Shown here in pieces: positions 1 to 12,834 of a stretch of 64,000 nucleotides of DNA; position 1 is the first letter of the stretch; each line of letters begins with the position of its first letter. The stretch spans positions 77,066,001 through 77,130,000 of the forward strand of contig NC_086373.1 in assembly GCF_036588685.1 (NCBI RefSeq), read 5' to 3'. A model generated the notes under the pieces. It made no database searches, was not told where the DNA came from, and saw nothing but the letters and a program-made list of their open reading frames with translations. The position numbers and the translations under genes were made by a program. The DNA is from Mytilus trossulus (taxonomy: Eukaryota).

Positions 1-1290
1 GAGATCCAAGATACATATACATATCTTGGCTTGTTATTTAATTATAATGGTAATTTTTGTAAAGCCAGAAACAAATTAGTTGATCAAGCTCAAAAAGCTT
101 TATACAGTCTGTACCAAAGAATTAATAATATTAGTATCCCTTTAGATTTACAGATAAAACTATTTGATTCTTTGGTAGCCCCAATTTTGACTTATTCCTC
201 CGAAATCTGGGGATATGAAAATAAGATGAATATTGAGAAGATACATTTACAGTTCTGTAAAAAAATTCTTGGGGTGAGGTCATCGACCGCAAATTTCATG
301 GTCTATGGTGAACTTGGCCGATTTCCTATCGAAATTAGTATCAAGATGAAAATGATTTGTTTCTGGTATAAGCTTGTAACAAATGTTGATAAACTCTCTG
401 GAAAACTCTACAAGCTTATGTTTAATTTATGTGAAAATGGAAATAATTCTTTTAAGTGGATTAATTATGTAAAATCTGTATTTGATGAAACTGGTAACAG
501 TGAAATATGGCAGGTACAAGGAAACGTTAATTTGAATTTTTTAAAATTTAACGTTAAACAAACACTTCATGACCAGTTCATACAAAAATGGTTTTCGGAT
601 ATCGATAACTCATCAAGGGGGAAGTTTTATTCAAAATTTAAGACTGACTTTTGTATGGAACCGTATCTAATTAGACTCAGAAAAGTTCCTAGACTTTATA
701 TTTGCAAACTTCGTACTTGCAATATCAAATTTCCGATCGAAACAGGGAGATGGAATAGAATTCCAGAAATTGAAAGGAAATGTAAGCTTTGTAAAACTGG
801 TCTTGGAGATGAGTATCATTACATATCACTTTGTAACAATGCTGATGTTATTAAAATAAGAAATGCATATATTCCTAAATACTACAGAATCAACCCAAAT
901 ATCAATAAACTTTATGGAATGCTGAAATATTGCAATGTACATGTATTAACTAACCTTTCTATTTTCATACAAAAGGTTGAAAAACTACTGCTCTCTCTGT
1001 AAATCAGCACATGTGAATATATTTATATATGTTACACTTTCTGTTACTATCCATTATTATTTGATTGTGTTCATGTGATCACGTGGTTATTTAAGCTTAC
1101 ATATTGCACGGACTTTTTGTGATGTGGTCAATAGATTTAGTATACATTTAGCTTTGTAAAAATGTTTCATTGTATGTATTCTACTCATTTCACTTCTATG
1201 TTATTTGTAAATGTATGTGTATTTGTCGCTCCTGTTACGCAGGAAATCTGCGTCTGAGTGTATTTTGAATAAACAGTTAAACAGTTAAAC
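1..1290 (+). mobile_element. 3' end of a non-LTR retrotransposon (LINE, probably CR1/L2 group): C-terminal part of ORF2, 3'UTR and short tandem tail
   Basis: Uninterrupted ORF 31-1002 with post-RT motifs (YTYLG just upstream in frame, LFDSLVAPILTYSSEIWG, MVYGELGRFP, CKLC..GDEYHY...C). Small stem-loop at 1237-1253, AATAAA at 1268, then (AAACAGTT)n to 1290. The 5' part lies outside the window. Confidence 0.85.
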
Positions 1291-1568
1291 CAACACCTCA
1301 CATGACGTATTCTCGATGTTGAGGTATTGACAATATACAATCAAATTTATCAATATACAGCAAGTAAGTAATTTGGTGTTGAATGCCAGGAGATCAGAAT
1401 TTATTAATTGAACTTTACCTGTTTAAGGGGCAGTAGCTGGCAAATTCATGTTCTTCATCGATTTTAATAAAATTCACATAACCTGTATATAGTGTTGAAT
1501 TGTTTATAAAAATGTTACGCACAATCTTGGCTGATATGCATGAAACCATTATATTTCATGACACTGCA

Positions 1569-1731
1569 CAGGGGCGGATGCAGGAATTTTCGAAAGGGGG
1601 GGGGGGGGGGTGCTAACCCAGGGCAAAGGGGGGGGGGGGTGCAAAACATATGTTCCGATACAAATGCATTGATCGGCAAAAATAAAGGGGGGGGTGCGCA
1701 CCCCCGGACCCCCCCTCTGGATCCGCCAATG
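1569..1731. mobile_element. MITE with CAGGGGCGGAT/ATCCGCCAATG termini and 5-bp TSD
   Basis: Imperfect TIRs; CTGCA directly flanks both ends (1564-1568, 1732-1736). Related copies at ~2700-2838, ~3990-4035 and 35942-36084. Confidence 0.75.
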
Positions 1732-2383
1732 CTGCATGAAAAAGAAATTGACTTATCGCATAATACCAGAACCAGAAACATATATATTGTATCTAATATC
1801 TCTGCCAGAACTAAAAAATAAACTACCGTAAGTCCACATAAGAGGGTATGGATGTGAATTAACAGAATAGAGAACAAAGGACAAAGAAAAAAAGGAATAA
1901 AGAATAGTGAAAGAAAGAGAATAATGGAAAAAAGTGTAAGTTATTTAAAAAAAAAATATAACTAAAAAAAAAAGACAGAAAAAAAGACACCCCCGCCGAG
2001 ACGAGCCTTACATGCACTGTTGTTTGACGCTGCCGAGTTATTTTGAGATTGAGACATGTATTCGTAGTCAGCCCGTAAAGCCTCTTGCACCAATTTGAGG
2101 ATTACCCAAGGTTAATTTTACGGCTGCTCATTTTATTTTGGCTTAGAAATAATCATAATTGACAAGTTTCCTTCCCCTGCACTCTCGATCCCACATGTAA
2201 ATAGCACGGTGATTTCAAATAAGACATACACTTGCCGTCAGTTTTTGAATATATTGATTAAGAAGGTATAGAAGATTAATGCACGCACACTATTATCCAC
2301 CACTGGCATAAATAGTTAGTCCGCAAACAACGAGGGTCATAAAAACCCAGCACTTTGAACACAGCCACCGGCATGGGATGAAT

Positions 2384-2518
2384 TAGTCCAAATAATTATG
2401 ACGTCTGGCAAGGCTATTTTATTATTTTTCTGGGACGCCTTCCTACGACGTTGTAGGAAGGCGTCCCAGAAAAAAATAATTAAAATAGCCTTGCCAGACG
2501 TCATAATTATTTGGACTA
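2384..2518. repeat. Near-perfect ~135-bp palindrome (foldback/MITE-like)
   Basis: TAGTCCAAATAATTATGACGTCTGGCAAGGCTATTTT... is mirrored by ...AAAATAGCCTTGCCAGACGTCATAATTATTTGGACTA, centred on CCTACGACGTTGTAGG. Confidence 0.9.
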
Positions 2519-2902
2519 GGTGTGAATCTGAAAGCTTCCCACTATCCATTTCTACCAAAACTTTTTGCCTTTCATTTATCAAAAATTAAATATGTTGATA
2601 TTAATGGTATAAATGTATAAGAATTATTGGGGAATTCAAACCATTCCTATTGTAAGTGATAAAACTAAATTTATATCAGGGTGATTGAAATGAGGGGAAA
2701 AAAGGGGGGATCAGGAGTTCAGGGCCCCCTGTTTGGGAAAAAAAGGTTGATTATATATGGAATCACTGGCATGGCAGGAGCAGGCCCCTCTTAGGCAGTC
2801 GGTGGGCCCCCACTTATGAAAAATTCTGGATCCACTACTGTGGTCTTCAGTTGTATTATCTTTTTAAAAAAAAAATACACCTGTATATATATATATATAT
2901 AT

Positions 2903-3320
2903 AAAATTGAGAATGGAAATGGGGAATGTGTCAAAGAGACAACAACCCGACCAAAATAAAAAAAAAAACCACAACAGCAGAAGGTCACCAACAGGTCTTC
3001 AATGTAGCGAGAAATTCCCGCACCCGGAGGCGTCCTTCAGCTGGCCCCTAAACAAATATATACTAGTTCAGTGATAATGAACGCCATACTAATTTCCAAA
3101 TTGTACACAAGAAACTAAAATTTAAATAATACAAGACTAACAAAGGCCAGAGGCTCCTGACTTGGGACAGGCGCAAAAATGCGGCGGGGTTAAACATGTT
3201 TGTGAGATCTCAACCCTCCCCCTATACCTCTAACCAGTGTAGAAAAGTAAAAGCATAACAATACGCACATTAAAATTCAGTTCAAGAGAAGTCCGAGTCT
3301 GATGTCAGAAGATGTAACCA
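2903..3320 (+). repeat. Dispersed SINE-like repeat (AAATTGAGAATGGAAATGGGGAATGTGTCAAAGAGACAACAACCCGACC family), longest copy
   Basis: The same head recurs at ~4232, 9468, 15444 and 22820 (+) and at ~26640-26770 and ~30440-30770 (-). Confidence 0.85.
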
Positions 3321-3439
3321 ATAGTGTATATATCTATTAAAGTGTAAATCAAGGGAAAATAATGTAAACTATCTGCATTGAGACCTATTAAAAGGTATTT
3401 TGAGGGGGGAAGAAAGAAGTGAGGGTGAGTCCATGGGAG

Positions 3440-3975
3440 GTAATCCCCACCCCCTTCAATTTGAGAATATGCTATTATCTTGTAAACGGTACAGATCCCC
3501 ACCCCTAAACCATATATATTCGTGAATGGGACGATAAAACAAATGAAATGAAATTAAAAGGAGGTCTTTGGGGGTTACCCCACCCTGTTCAATTTGAGAA
3601 TGTGCTATTATCCTGTGAACGATCCAGATCCCCACCCCTAAACCATATATATTCTTGTCGGGGACAATAAAATGAATGAAATAAAATAAAAGGGAAGTCC
3701 CACCCCCTCTAGTTTGAAAACTTGTAAACGGTCAAGATCCACACCCCTAAACCATATATATATATTCTTGTACATGTTGTATAGAACAATAAAACAAATC
3801 AAATGAAATATAGGGAGAGTCCATGGGGTCACCCCCACCCCTACATGTTTGAGAAACTTTCAAATGGTTGAGATCCCCAGTGGTTAGGTGAAAAAATTTC
3901 CAGATCCCTGATCCCCACCCTCAAACCATATATTTTCTTGTATGAGACAATAAAACAAATCAAATGAATATAGGA
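3440..3975. repeat. Degenerate tandem repeat, roughly 110-165-bp units
   Basis: Motif AGATCC(C)CACCCCTAAACCATATATATT...ACAATAAAACAAAT recurs at ~3493, 3626, 3735 and 3902. Confidence 0.7.
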
Positions 3976-5134
3976 CCATCTCCTTTGTCTTGGGTTGGGA
4001 ACCCCCGCTTTTTAAAATGGTTGGATCCGCCCCGGCATACCATTTAGCTAGCTAGAAATCAAACAAGGAAATTAACAGTGTAGGCAACTGTTTTGAATTT
4101 TAAAAAAAGCCTTTTACATATATAACAATGTTAAATTTTTTGTGCATTTATTTTTGCTTACCGTATTTTCAATAATGGACAAATTGCATGATTGAATATT
4201 GTAATTTAAGAAAAATCAGCATACATGTTATAAAATGGGAAGTGGAAACTGGGAATTTGACAAAGAGACAACAACCCAATCAAAGAGCAGACAACAGCCG
4301 AAGGTCACCTATGGGTCTTCAATGCAGTGAGAAGATTTCGGCACTGGTCTTCAGCTCATAAATATGTATCAGAAATGAAAATGAGATACAGCTTTCAGTT
4401 GAATTAATAAAAACCTCACAATAAGTTCTGAATATCAGAATATACAGTATTGCAAGATTCTCTCAAAATGTACACATAGAGCTGAAAAACTGTAAAATTA
4501 ATCATGCTTATTTAACATTAAAGTCCATGGAGTCCATCTAAATATGCATAGTCTCGTACACAGGAATATAAGTATGCAGTAGACATCAAGTTTCCAAAAA
4601 TAAGAGTATCTATGCCATTAATTTACGACAAGATTTTCAATCAAGTAATAATTTCGGTTAGTTTAAATATTTTGGAGGTTAGTATGACCTCCATTTTGGT
4701 GATGATATTTTCGTTTTAAAGTTGAGAAAATTGTTTGTACCAACAAAAATAAAAACACAAAGTCAATCTAGAATTAATTTTTTATCATTTTTTTATGTTT
4801 AGGTTGTCAGCAAGATGAAAAGGACAAGTATGCAGTTCAAAATTCAAAATGTGGATAAGCTGAGGTTCAAGGTCTTACCTTTGCAGATTTTCATATTTTG
4901 CATGAATGAATTCAAAGGTTATATGATGGACGGCAGAGAAAGAAAAAAAAAACTTTTCAATTATCCTGCTCCTGGATAAATGTAAAACATCTTGTTTTTC
5001 GGTAAGTTTTATGCTCTGTTTTGATAGTGTTAGTGACTTCATCTGTCCAGTCTTTCCTCTAAATTGTATCCTCTTTTAGTTTTTGGTGAGTGTTCGCCAT
5101 GAATTTCAGTAAGTAATTTGTGGATTTACATGTA

Positions 5135-5340
5135 CTGTAAATTCAGAAATTATTGCGAGGTTTATATTATTGCGAATAATGCGACAGAGTTGTAAACGCA
5201 ATAAATAGAACTCGCATTTTGAAATATTTTAACTGAATTTAGCACGACTCTTCTCAAAATCGGAAAAATTAAAATCACATTCAAGTTTAAAATGACAAAA
5301 TCGCAATAATAAGTGCACGCAATAATTTCTGAATTTACAG
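5135..5340. mobile_element. Tc1/mariner-type MITE (TA TSD), copy 1
   Basis: TA|CTGTAAATTCAGAAATTATTGCG...CGCAATAATTTCTGAATTTACAG|TA. Confidence 0.85.
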
Positions 5341-6117
5341 TATATACTCAAAATTTAGTACTAATATAAATGGGATTTTAGCATGACATCCTGTCAAATG
5401 CTTGTTAATCATGTTTATGTTCCAGAACATACAAGTATTTGGACTGTACGCATACAGTCTGCCCAATTTTAAGAAGTTGGTCAAGTTTATTAGAAACAAA
5501 TGTACAGTACAGATCAACATAACTGAAATCTTTGACTTTAATATATTAATACAAAAAGTTTAAATGCAATTAAAATAAAAACACAGGTTTGGTCGAGCTG
5601 GTACCAGACAGTACAAGTATACTTAAATGGTCTGACTGTACACTTATGGTGGGACTGTAAGTTCTGGACCGTAAACGTAAGATCCAAATACTGATATGGT
5701 CTGGAACATTTATACATGTCTTAAAATTAATATCAAACACATTGGTGTTTTTGAACTTGGTAATAAGTTATTTTATAGAACTATAATGTTTTGGGATATC
5801 AAAATCAAAAATATGCCATTTTTACTTTTAATAAAGATGTATGTATAAATGTATATTAAAATGAGACAGCAAGCCAACAACACAACAAATAAGGATGAAA
5901 CATACATAATTTTTTTGTATCAATGTTATAATTTCCAATATGTTCAAAGAGTTCAAGGTATTTTTTCATTGAAATAAAACACAAATTGAAATTTGTCAGA
6001 ACTTCAAAAGCTTAAAGAAATATTGTTTCTGTTGTCTACATTTTGTATAATATATTGCAAATTCTTGTGAATAATGGAATGTTATTATAGTTGTCAGTTT
6101 TAACATTGATCTTTATA

Positions 6118-6315
6118 CTGTAAATTCATAAATTATTGCGTGCATTTTTAATTGCGATTCTGTCATTTTAGACTTAAATGCGATTTTACGATTTTGAGAA
6201 AAATCCTGTTTAATCCATATAAAATATTTCATAATGCGAGTTTAAATTATTGCGTTTACAACTCTGTTGCATTTTTCCCAATAAAAAAAAACTCGCATTA
6301 ATTCTGAATTTACAG
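6118..6315. mobile_element. Tc1/mariner-type MITE (TA TSD), copy 2, opposite orientation
   Basis: Same TIRs; the internal sequence is the reverse complement of 5135-5340. Confidence 0.8.
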
Positions 6316-7196
6316 TATATATATTATGTATACAACTTGGGAAAATACCCAAATGTTATAAAGAAGAACAAATTAATTAATTGTTATATGGTATTAGAAT
6401 AGGAAGATGTGGTATATTGCTTATTTGACAACCCTCCATCAGAGACCAAAGGATGTAGGCCTTTAGCAACTGATGACACTGGACAACCTTTAACAATCAG
6501 TAAAATCCATACCGCATAGCTATTTTTATGGAAAATCATATTATTGCTACATGTTTGCAAACAATTTTGTATAATACATTACTTTAGATTTTATTGGTTC
6601 TTTTTCAGAAGGATTGAAATTCACCACCTAGAATAAATGGAGAAAACATAAAAACAAGACCAGAATAAATTCAAAGACAAAAGTTGGATCAGTTATTATT
6701 TTCAACACTCAGTCAATGATTTGAAGTTCTTTTAAATACAAAAAAATATTGAAACCACAATATTGTCAAAGTTCTGTGCTGAATGACCAAAAAGTGGACT
6801 ATACCATCAAACAATGCTGGATGATAAGAAACTATTAATGTTTTGTGTTGAGGGATATTGTGAAAAAAAATAGATTTACTTAAATAGCTACTAGTACATG
6901 TAGTATATTAAGCCTATTAACAATAGAGTTTTTGTTGATTTCAAATGGGAAATAATTGTGTTTCAAGAAAGTATTCTATAATTCATGAATAAACATATAT
7001 TGATACTTACATTATCTGCTTTGTTGTTTAAAAGTTTAGTTTTGAACAGTTATAGAACAATATGCTAAATTAACATTTCCCAAGAAAAAAAGATATTCAA
7101 TTAAAAAGATTCATATTATAATAATTTACTACCAAATAGAATACATTGTAACATACACATTACTGTATATTTATATCTATATATTTACAATTAGAA

Positions 7197-7420
7197 TCCC
7201 ATAGGATTTTAATTTGTCCCATGGGATATTAAAAATCCCATGGGATAATAAAAATCCCATGGGATTTTTTTTGTCCCATGGGACAACAAATATCCCATGG
7301 GACTACAATTATCCCATGGGACAAAAAAAAATCCCATGGGATTTAACCAAAATCCCATGGGATAATGGTCAATCCCATGGGATTTTACCCTGTCCCATGG
7401 GATATTGAAAATCCCATGTT
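7197..7420. repeat. Phased array of the palindrome TCCCATGGGA with variable 9-11-nt spacers
   Basis: Perfect copies start at 7217, 7236, 7255, 7274, 7293, 7312, 7332, 7353, 7373 and 7393; degenerate copies at 7197 and 7412; period 19-21 bp. Confidence 0.95.
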
Positions 7421-8745
7421 TTTATAATTCAAATTGCAAAATAAATATGAAAAAAACAGTAGAAAACCAATGAAATTATTGAATCCCATGTAATTACGCA
7501 CATTTTGGTCATATACATGATATTGTAGCTTTTGTTTGAGGCGGCGGCGGATTTGCAAATGAGTGTTTTGCAAATTAAAAGTGTCCAGTGTTTACAGGCT
7601 TCTCATTTTGGACAGGCACATACATAATGTGGAGGGAGTTAAACATTTTTGCGAGCACCGATTCCTCCTTTTACCCCGGAAAATGGTGTAACACACACCA
7701 TAAGAACAGACTGAAAACTTTAAATGAAAAGAATTTTTCAGTAGAGATCAGCAAGAGGCACAAAGACCAAATAACATAGAAACCAAAGACACAAGACACA
7801 AATTATCGACATAAAAGTAGACGATGATACTAAAATCTAGTCGAAAGCCAATTACAACTAATAAATGAATAATAGTATCCAAGAACAAGAAAAAAATTTA
7901 TCAGTACACATTCAACAGCTTCAGTAAAAAAAATATCAAATATTTTGCACGGAATATATTATGAGGTGTTATGGTGTGAGATCCATTTAACAATAACGAT
8001 TCCTGTTGTAATGTAGATTTTTATTCATAATGACAGTTCTTTCGTAACAGAAGTTACTTTTGAATTGCGTTTTAACACCTTTTTTTTTTTTATATATATA
8101 TAATATATAAACAAATATCCCGAAACCTTCTTAGTACCTTTATCCTTTCCATTCATGATAAACCTGTATCCGAAGCAGGAAATGAAGTATCAAGTATATC
8201 TAATTTCCGTTAATCTCCCGCGTCCACTTCCGCTCATTTACATTAAAAATTTATTATTTTCTTCATGGTTGGATCATAGTATGGTGTCCGTGCATTTACC
8301 CGCTAAATCCAAAATGTATCAAATAAAGGCAACAGTAGTATGCTGCTGTTCAATAGTCATAATTCGATCAAACAATAATAAATCCGAGTAACAAACAAAG
8401 AACCTAGGGAAACACATCAATCATAAAAGGAAACTAACGACAACAGAGTTGGAGTATAATATATAGGAACGGGCTGCCATATTTCTGACTTGGTACAGGA
8501 CATTTTTACGGAAGGAACAACAGACATTGTTGCAGTACTAAATATTTATCAAAACTTTACTTTACAACAAAAAGATAACCAAAAACCGAAAAAGAGACGA
8601 ATAAACTTTTATTTGACACAAAAAGATGTCCAGCATCTACACATATGTTACAGGATATGTAGTGTATAATTTGTTAAAGTAGAGAGAAGTGAAGTGTTAC
8701 AAGGTTGATAATAATTTTGAAGTGTAAAAGTTTCCGTTGTTGGGG

Positions 8746-8751
8746 TATAAA
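8746..8751 (+). promoter_or_regulatory. Candidate TATA box for the transmembrane adaptor-like gene
   Basis: GGGG-TATAAA-TA about 70 bp upstream of the predicted ATG at 8820. Confidence 0.35.
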
Positions 8752-8819
8752 TATCGTCATCCGGATATAAATTATTGTTATACTCAATTACATAAAGTGA
8801 TGTGGATGATAAAGGTTAA

Positions 8820-11800
8820 ATGATGGGTAAGAAATCTAAATTTTTGTTTATCAAAATATTTTTAAAAGATTTCATAATTTATTGCATTTACGCTAGTTCA
8901 TCATAAGGCCGTCCTTGGATTATGTTACTTCATTATAAAAAGCGTTTAATAGCTAGCTGATATTTTTATTTAAAGGGCCATGTGAGCTTTTCTCACCACT
9001 TGGCGTTCGTCGTCGTCTGTTTTCGACCGTCGTTAACGTTCACAAAAATCGTCTTCTCTGTAACTACTTGGCCAAATTTTATCAAACTTGGCCATAGTCA
9101 TCATTTGGGTATCTGGTATATATTTTTTGTCCGAGACCAGGTTTGCTAACCGAGATGATCGACGTTGCTGAAAAAAGAACATATAGGCTAAACTGCCTAA
9201 AATTTTTGTCTTTTTTAAAGTTGTAATATCTGAACTGTCGTTTTATTTTTCCATCTATTTGGTCCTAGGTCTTTTATTAGTTTGTCCTGACTTTTTGTTT
9301 ACATTAATTGTCATCCTACCTTTTTTTCTCCAAGTTGCCCATCCTGCCTTTTTTAATCAAAACATCTGTGTTTCTTCAAATTGCATCCTAGCGTCCCCAC
9401 TCTTGAAAAATCAAATGGTAGCCCCTAAGTAAAACGTGAAAATATTTTAATAATGATATTCTAAATAAAATTGAGAATGGAAATGGGGAATGTGTCAAAG
9501 AGACAACAACCCGACCATAGAAAAAAACAACAACAGAAGGTCACCAACAGGTCTTCAATGTAGCGAGAAATGTCCGCGCTTAAATAACTACTTTCAGTTG
9601 TATGTTTTGTTTTTTTGTAAATTGACTCTGATTTTAGTGTAGCACTTTCATTATAATCGCCATCAGAAATGGTCAAAGCAAAAACCAGGGAAATCTATTT
9701 ATTGAAAAAGGCTCATGTCATTTTTGTGGTGCTGCATAAAACACTTCTTGTATATCTAGTATTTTTAAAGAAAAGTTTTAAGGTTGGACTTATATTTCAC
9801 ATTGAAAATGTAAAGAACTAGAGATTTTAATTTTCTGAAAAAAATGAATCTAAATGTTCTTTCATCTGTGTGTGAACCATTTTACTCTCATATTTGTCAA
9901 TCAAGATAACATAGCACTTTACACCTGATTTAATCACGCACAATAAAATATATATAAATATATGTCATCCCGGATTTAAGATAATTTGATGTAACAAAGT
10001 TTTCATGCATGTGATATAGTTACTTCCTCGTCAAAGCTAACTTTTAAACTTCCTTGTAAACATGTTAACTACCACATACCTATAAAAACATATCAAAATA
10101 ATAAAAGTAAAAAGTAAACGAATACAAATATCAAATATTTTGGCTCCAAGATTTCCTAATCAGTATGATCTTATAAATCTAGGCTGATTTTCCTTTAAAA
10201 AAAAGCTTGACAGTAATCGAATCAAAAACAGAACAATTATAATTATTAATTAACTCAATTGAAAGTCCTCGCAAAGAAAAGCATCAACACATAAAAACTG
10301 GGGTCACATTTGGGAAACATCAAGAAAAAAAATTATATAATTATTGCAATTATTCATGTATTTGTTCCAATGAACATTAGAACGAACAAACAAAATGTTT
10401 ACAGTTATCCATTGAAATTTTAATTACTTTTTTCGAAGGTAGGACTGGTGAGTTTACAGACTATGAAGAATTTTTCACCGCCAGAAAGGCAGGTATATTT
10501 GTTGGTGCTGCACTGTTTGCTGTGGCAGTTATAGTTGTAGTAGTTTCATCAGTATACCAAGCTATAGTCAGACGGTGAGTTTTTTTTTTTTATAGTGAAT
10601 ACACTAGTTATGTAAGAAAGGAAACCTCTTTTCACAACTAAAACATGACAAAGCTAACAAAAAACTATCCACAAATTGCTTAATTTGAACGCACTTGAAG
10701 AGTAATGACCAAGTTCATATCAATGTAATTTGTTTTAAATTGGTTTTGATGTGAAAAAAAAAATGTGAGCGAGCTAATATATTTCTTCTTTCTAAAAAAG
10801 TTTAAAAAAAAAAAAAAAAAGGAAAACATAGTTTCGGACAAAAAATAGACAAGACCTTAAACATAAAAACAGTACACACACTCTCCGTGTTTAATAATAG
10901 TCATTTCAAGAAGAAATCTGGTAATGTCTTAAACGAGACAAAAAGAACATATCTGGGTCATCTTTCACAAATATCCAGTATTAAACTGTGAAACAAACCA
11001 TGTTGAGTTCCATTAACTCTTATTATTACATTTGCACATTTTGTTTTAAGTTAGAAGGTTGCGTGTAAGCTTTCGACGAAATCATAATTGAAATCGCAAG
11101 CTTTTAAGTCTTCAATTGTGAGATATACTCATGTAGGCGATACTGGATGATTGCTGCTACATGAAAATGGAGAGTTCGCAATATGAAAATTAAAGGTTAT
11201 CTCTTTTGTCTTAATAAGATTGAGCTCTAAGTCAATTTATATATGTCTCTCAAGCTTTGAAGCAGATCATTTATCTTTAACTGTGTTTTCCTTATGATTT
11301 CAAGTACAACTTTGGAATAGGCGCGATCAATAAGCTCGCCAAACTTTGAATTATTTGATGCGAGGACATCATCCATGTAGCGTGAAGTTAAATATAATTA
11401 TAGATTGTTATTCTCCTTAAGAACCTATACCAATAATTTAACAATAAGAAGATGTGATATGATTGCCAATGAGAGAACTCTTCACTAAAGACCAAATGAC
11501 ACACACCCGCCTAATTTTAATAACGGAAAAACTATGTTTTTGGTTACTGAGTAACACACATGTCATGAGTTTCAAAACTTCGAATATACACTCTAACTTC
11601 CAACCCAGATGTTCTCTTGGTGCATTATATACACTCAAATGAGTTTGAAGCCTTTTGTCAAAAGATAAGAACAAGTGTGTATTCATGACTGATGATGGCC
11701 ATCTTAAATAATGTGGTATAATACTGTATAATGTAACCGTCTCAAAGCTATACCAACCAGATAGGATGTCCTTTTTAAAGATTAGACCTAATAACCAACT

Positions 11801-12437
11801 ATAGGGGTATTGACTACACTTTTATTTTTATTTTATTTTAAATCTGATGTATTGTACCAAGTTAAAATAAGTTCTTGATCTCTATTCTGTATATTCTAGA
11901 TGTTGTGCCTCAAAGAAAGACAATCCAAAAAAGATTGAAGAAGCTGTTCCAACGATTGCCGAAGAAACAAGACGTTCCTTCGAAAACCCTGTTTACTCTC
12001 AAGATATCAAAGAAAAGCAAGATATCAATGTACGAATTTCAACAGCGGATGGATATCTGTCCATTGAAAATCACGAATATGAAAATGCAACTCATCTAAA
12101 AAAGAGAACTGATTCGGACGCAGATAGTGACATAGATTATGAAAATCTCAAAGACAAGAAAATTGATCCTCCGAAGGAAAGAAAGAAGCCTCCAATGAAA
12201 AGCAAAACGACTAAAAAGGAGAAAGCAAACATACCAATAGATAATGATATTAATGGTGTCGAAGAAACAATTGAAACTTACGACAGGCCTCAGGCACCAA
12301 AGTCAATAAAGAAAAGGACGTTAGAACGTGTTGACGACGAGGACGAAGATGCACCCGACTATGATGTACCAAAAACATTTACAGAAGACGACGAGGAAAC
12401 ACAAGACTATGATGTTCCAAAATCATTTACTGAATAA
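8820..12437 (+). CDS. Single-pass membrane protein with a Tyr-motif-rich cytoplasmic tail (transmembrane adaptor-like), ~226 aa; exons 8820-8826, 10439-10574, 11900-12437
   Basis: GT-AG introns with matching phases (1, then 2). Translation: MMGRTGEFTDYEEFFTARK-AGIFVGAALFAVAVIVVVVSSVYQAIV-RRCC...FENPVY...YENA...YENL...YDRP...YDVP...YDVPKSFTE*. Exons 2-3 are well supported; the 7-nt first coding exon is less certain. Confidence 0.7.
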
Positions 12438-12834
12438 AAATTAGCGATACATGTACATGTAGAAATCATGACATCATCATTGAAATTTAAGTGTTTTCAC
12501 CACCATGAAATATACTTGTTGTTTTTCATTCAAAGCTATCTTTATTCCTTTGTAAGTTAACAAATCAAGTTTATACAAGTTTTACAGTTTCTGCTGATTC
12601 ATGTGTACTTAAACACTTCTAAGAATGTTCTGCAAAACATTTTATGTTCGTTAAAATAGGTGTGAATGAAAAATCGTCACTTGCTATAAATGTACCAGGC
12701 GCTCATATGTGAAAAAATTGAACTGTCTTTATCTTTCGATACCGTAATATTTTTTTTCAGTATCATCATAATCAATGAAATGATGTTAAGGTTCACAGTT
12801 TATTGGCATTTCTGAAAAACACAGTGTGTCAGTT

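Noticed and set aside
1515-1877. Pro/Gly-rich ORFs
   Set aside because: These are translations of the G/C tracts of a MITE.
2337-2589. Pair of near-identical ORFs on opposite strands
   Set aside because: An artefact of the 135-bp palindrome.
7197-7420. CRISPR array
   Set aside because: The repeat is only 10 bp and the spacers ~10 bp, there are no cas genes, and the DNA is intron-containing and eukaryotic.
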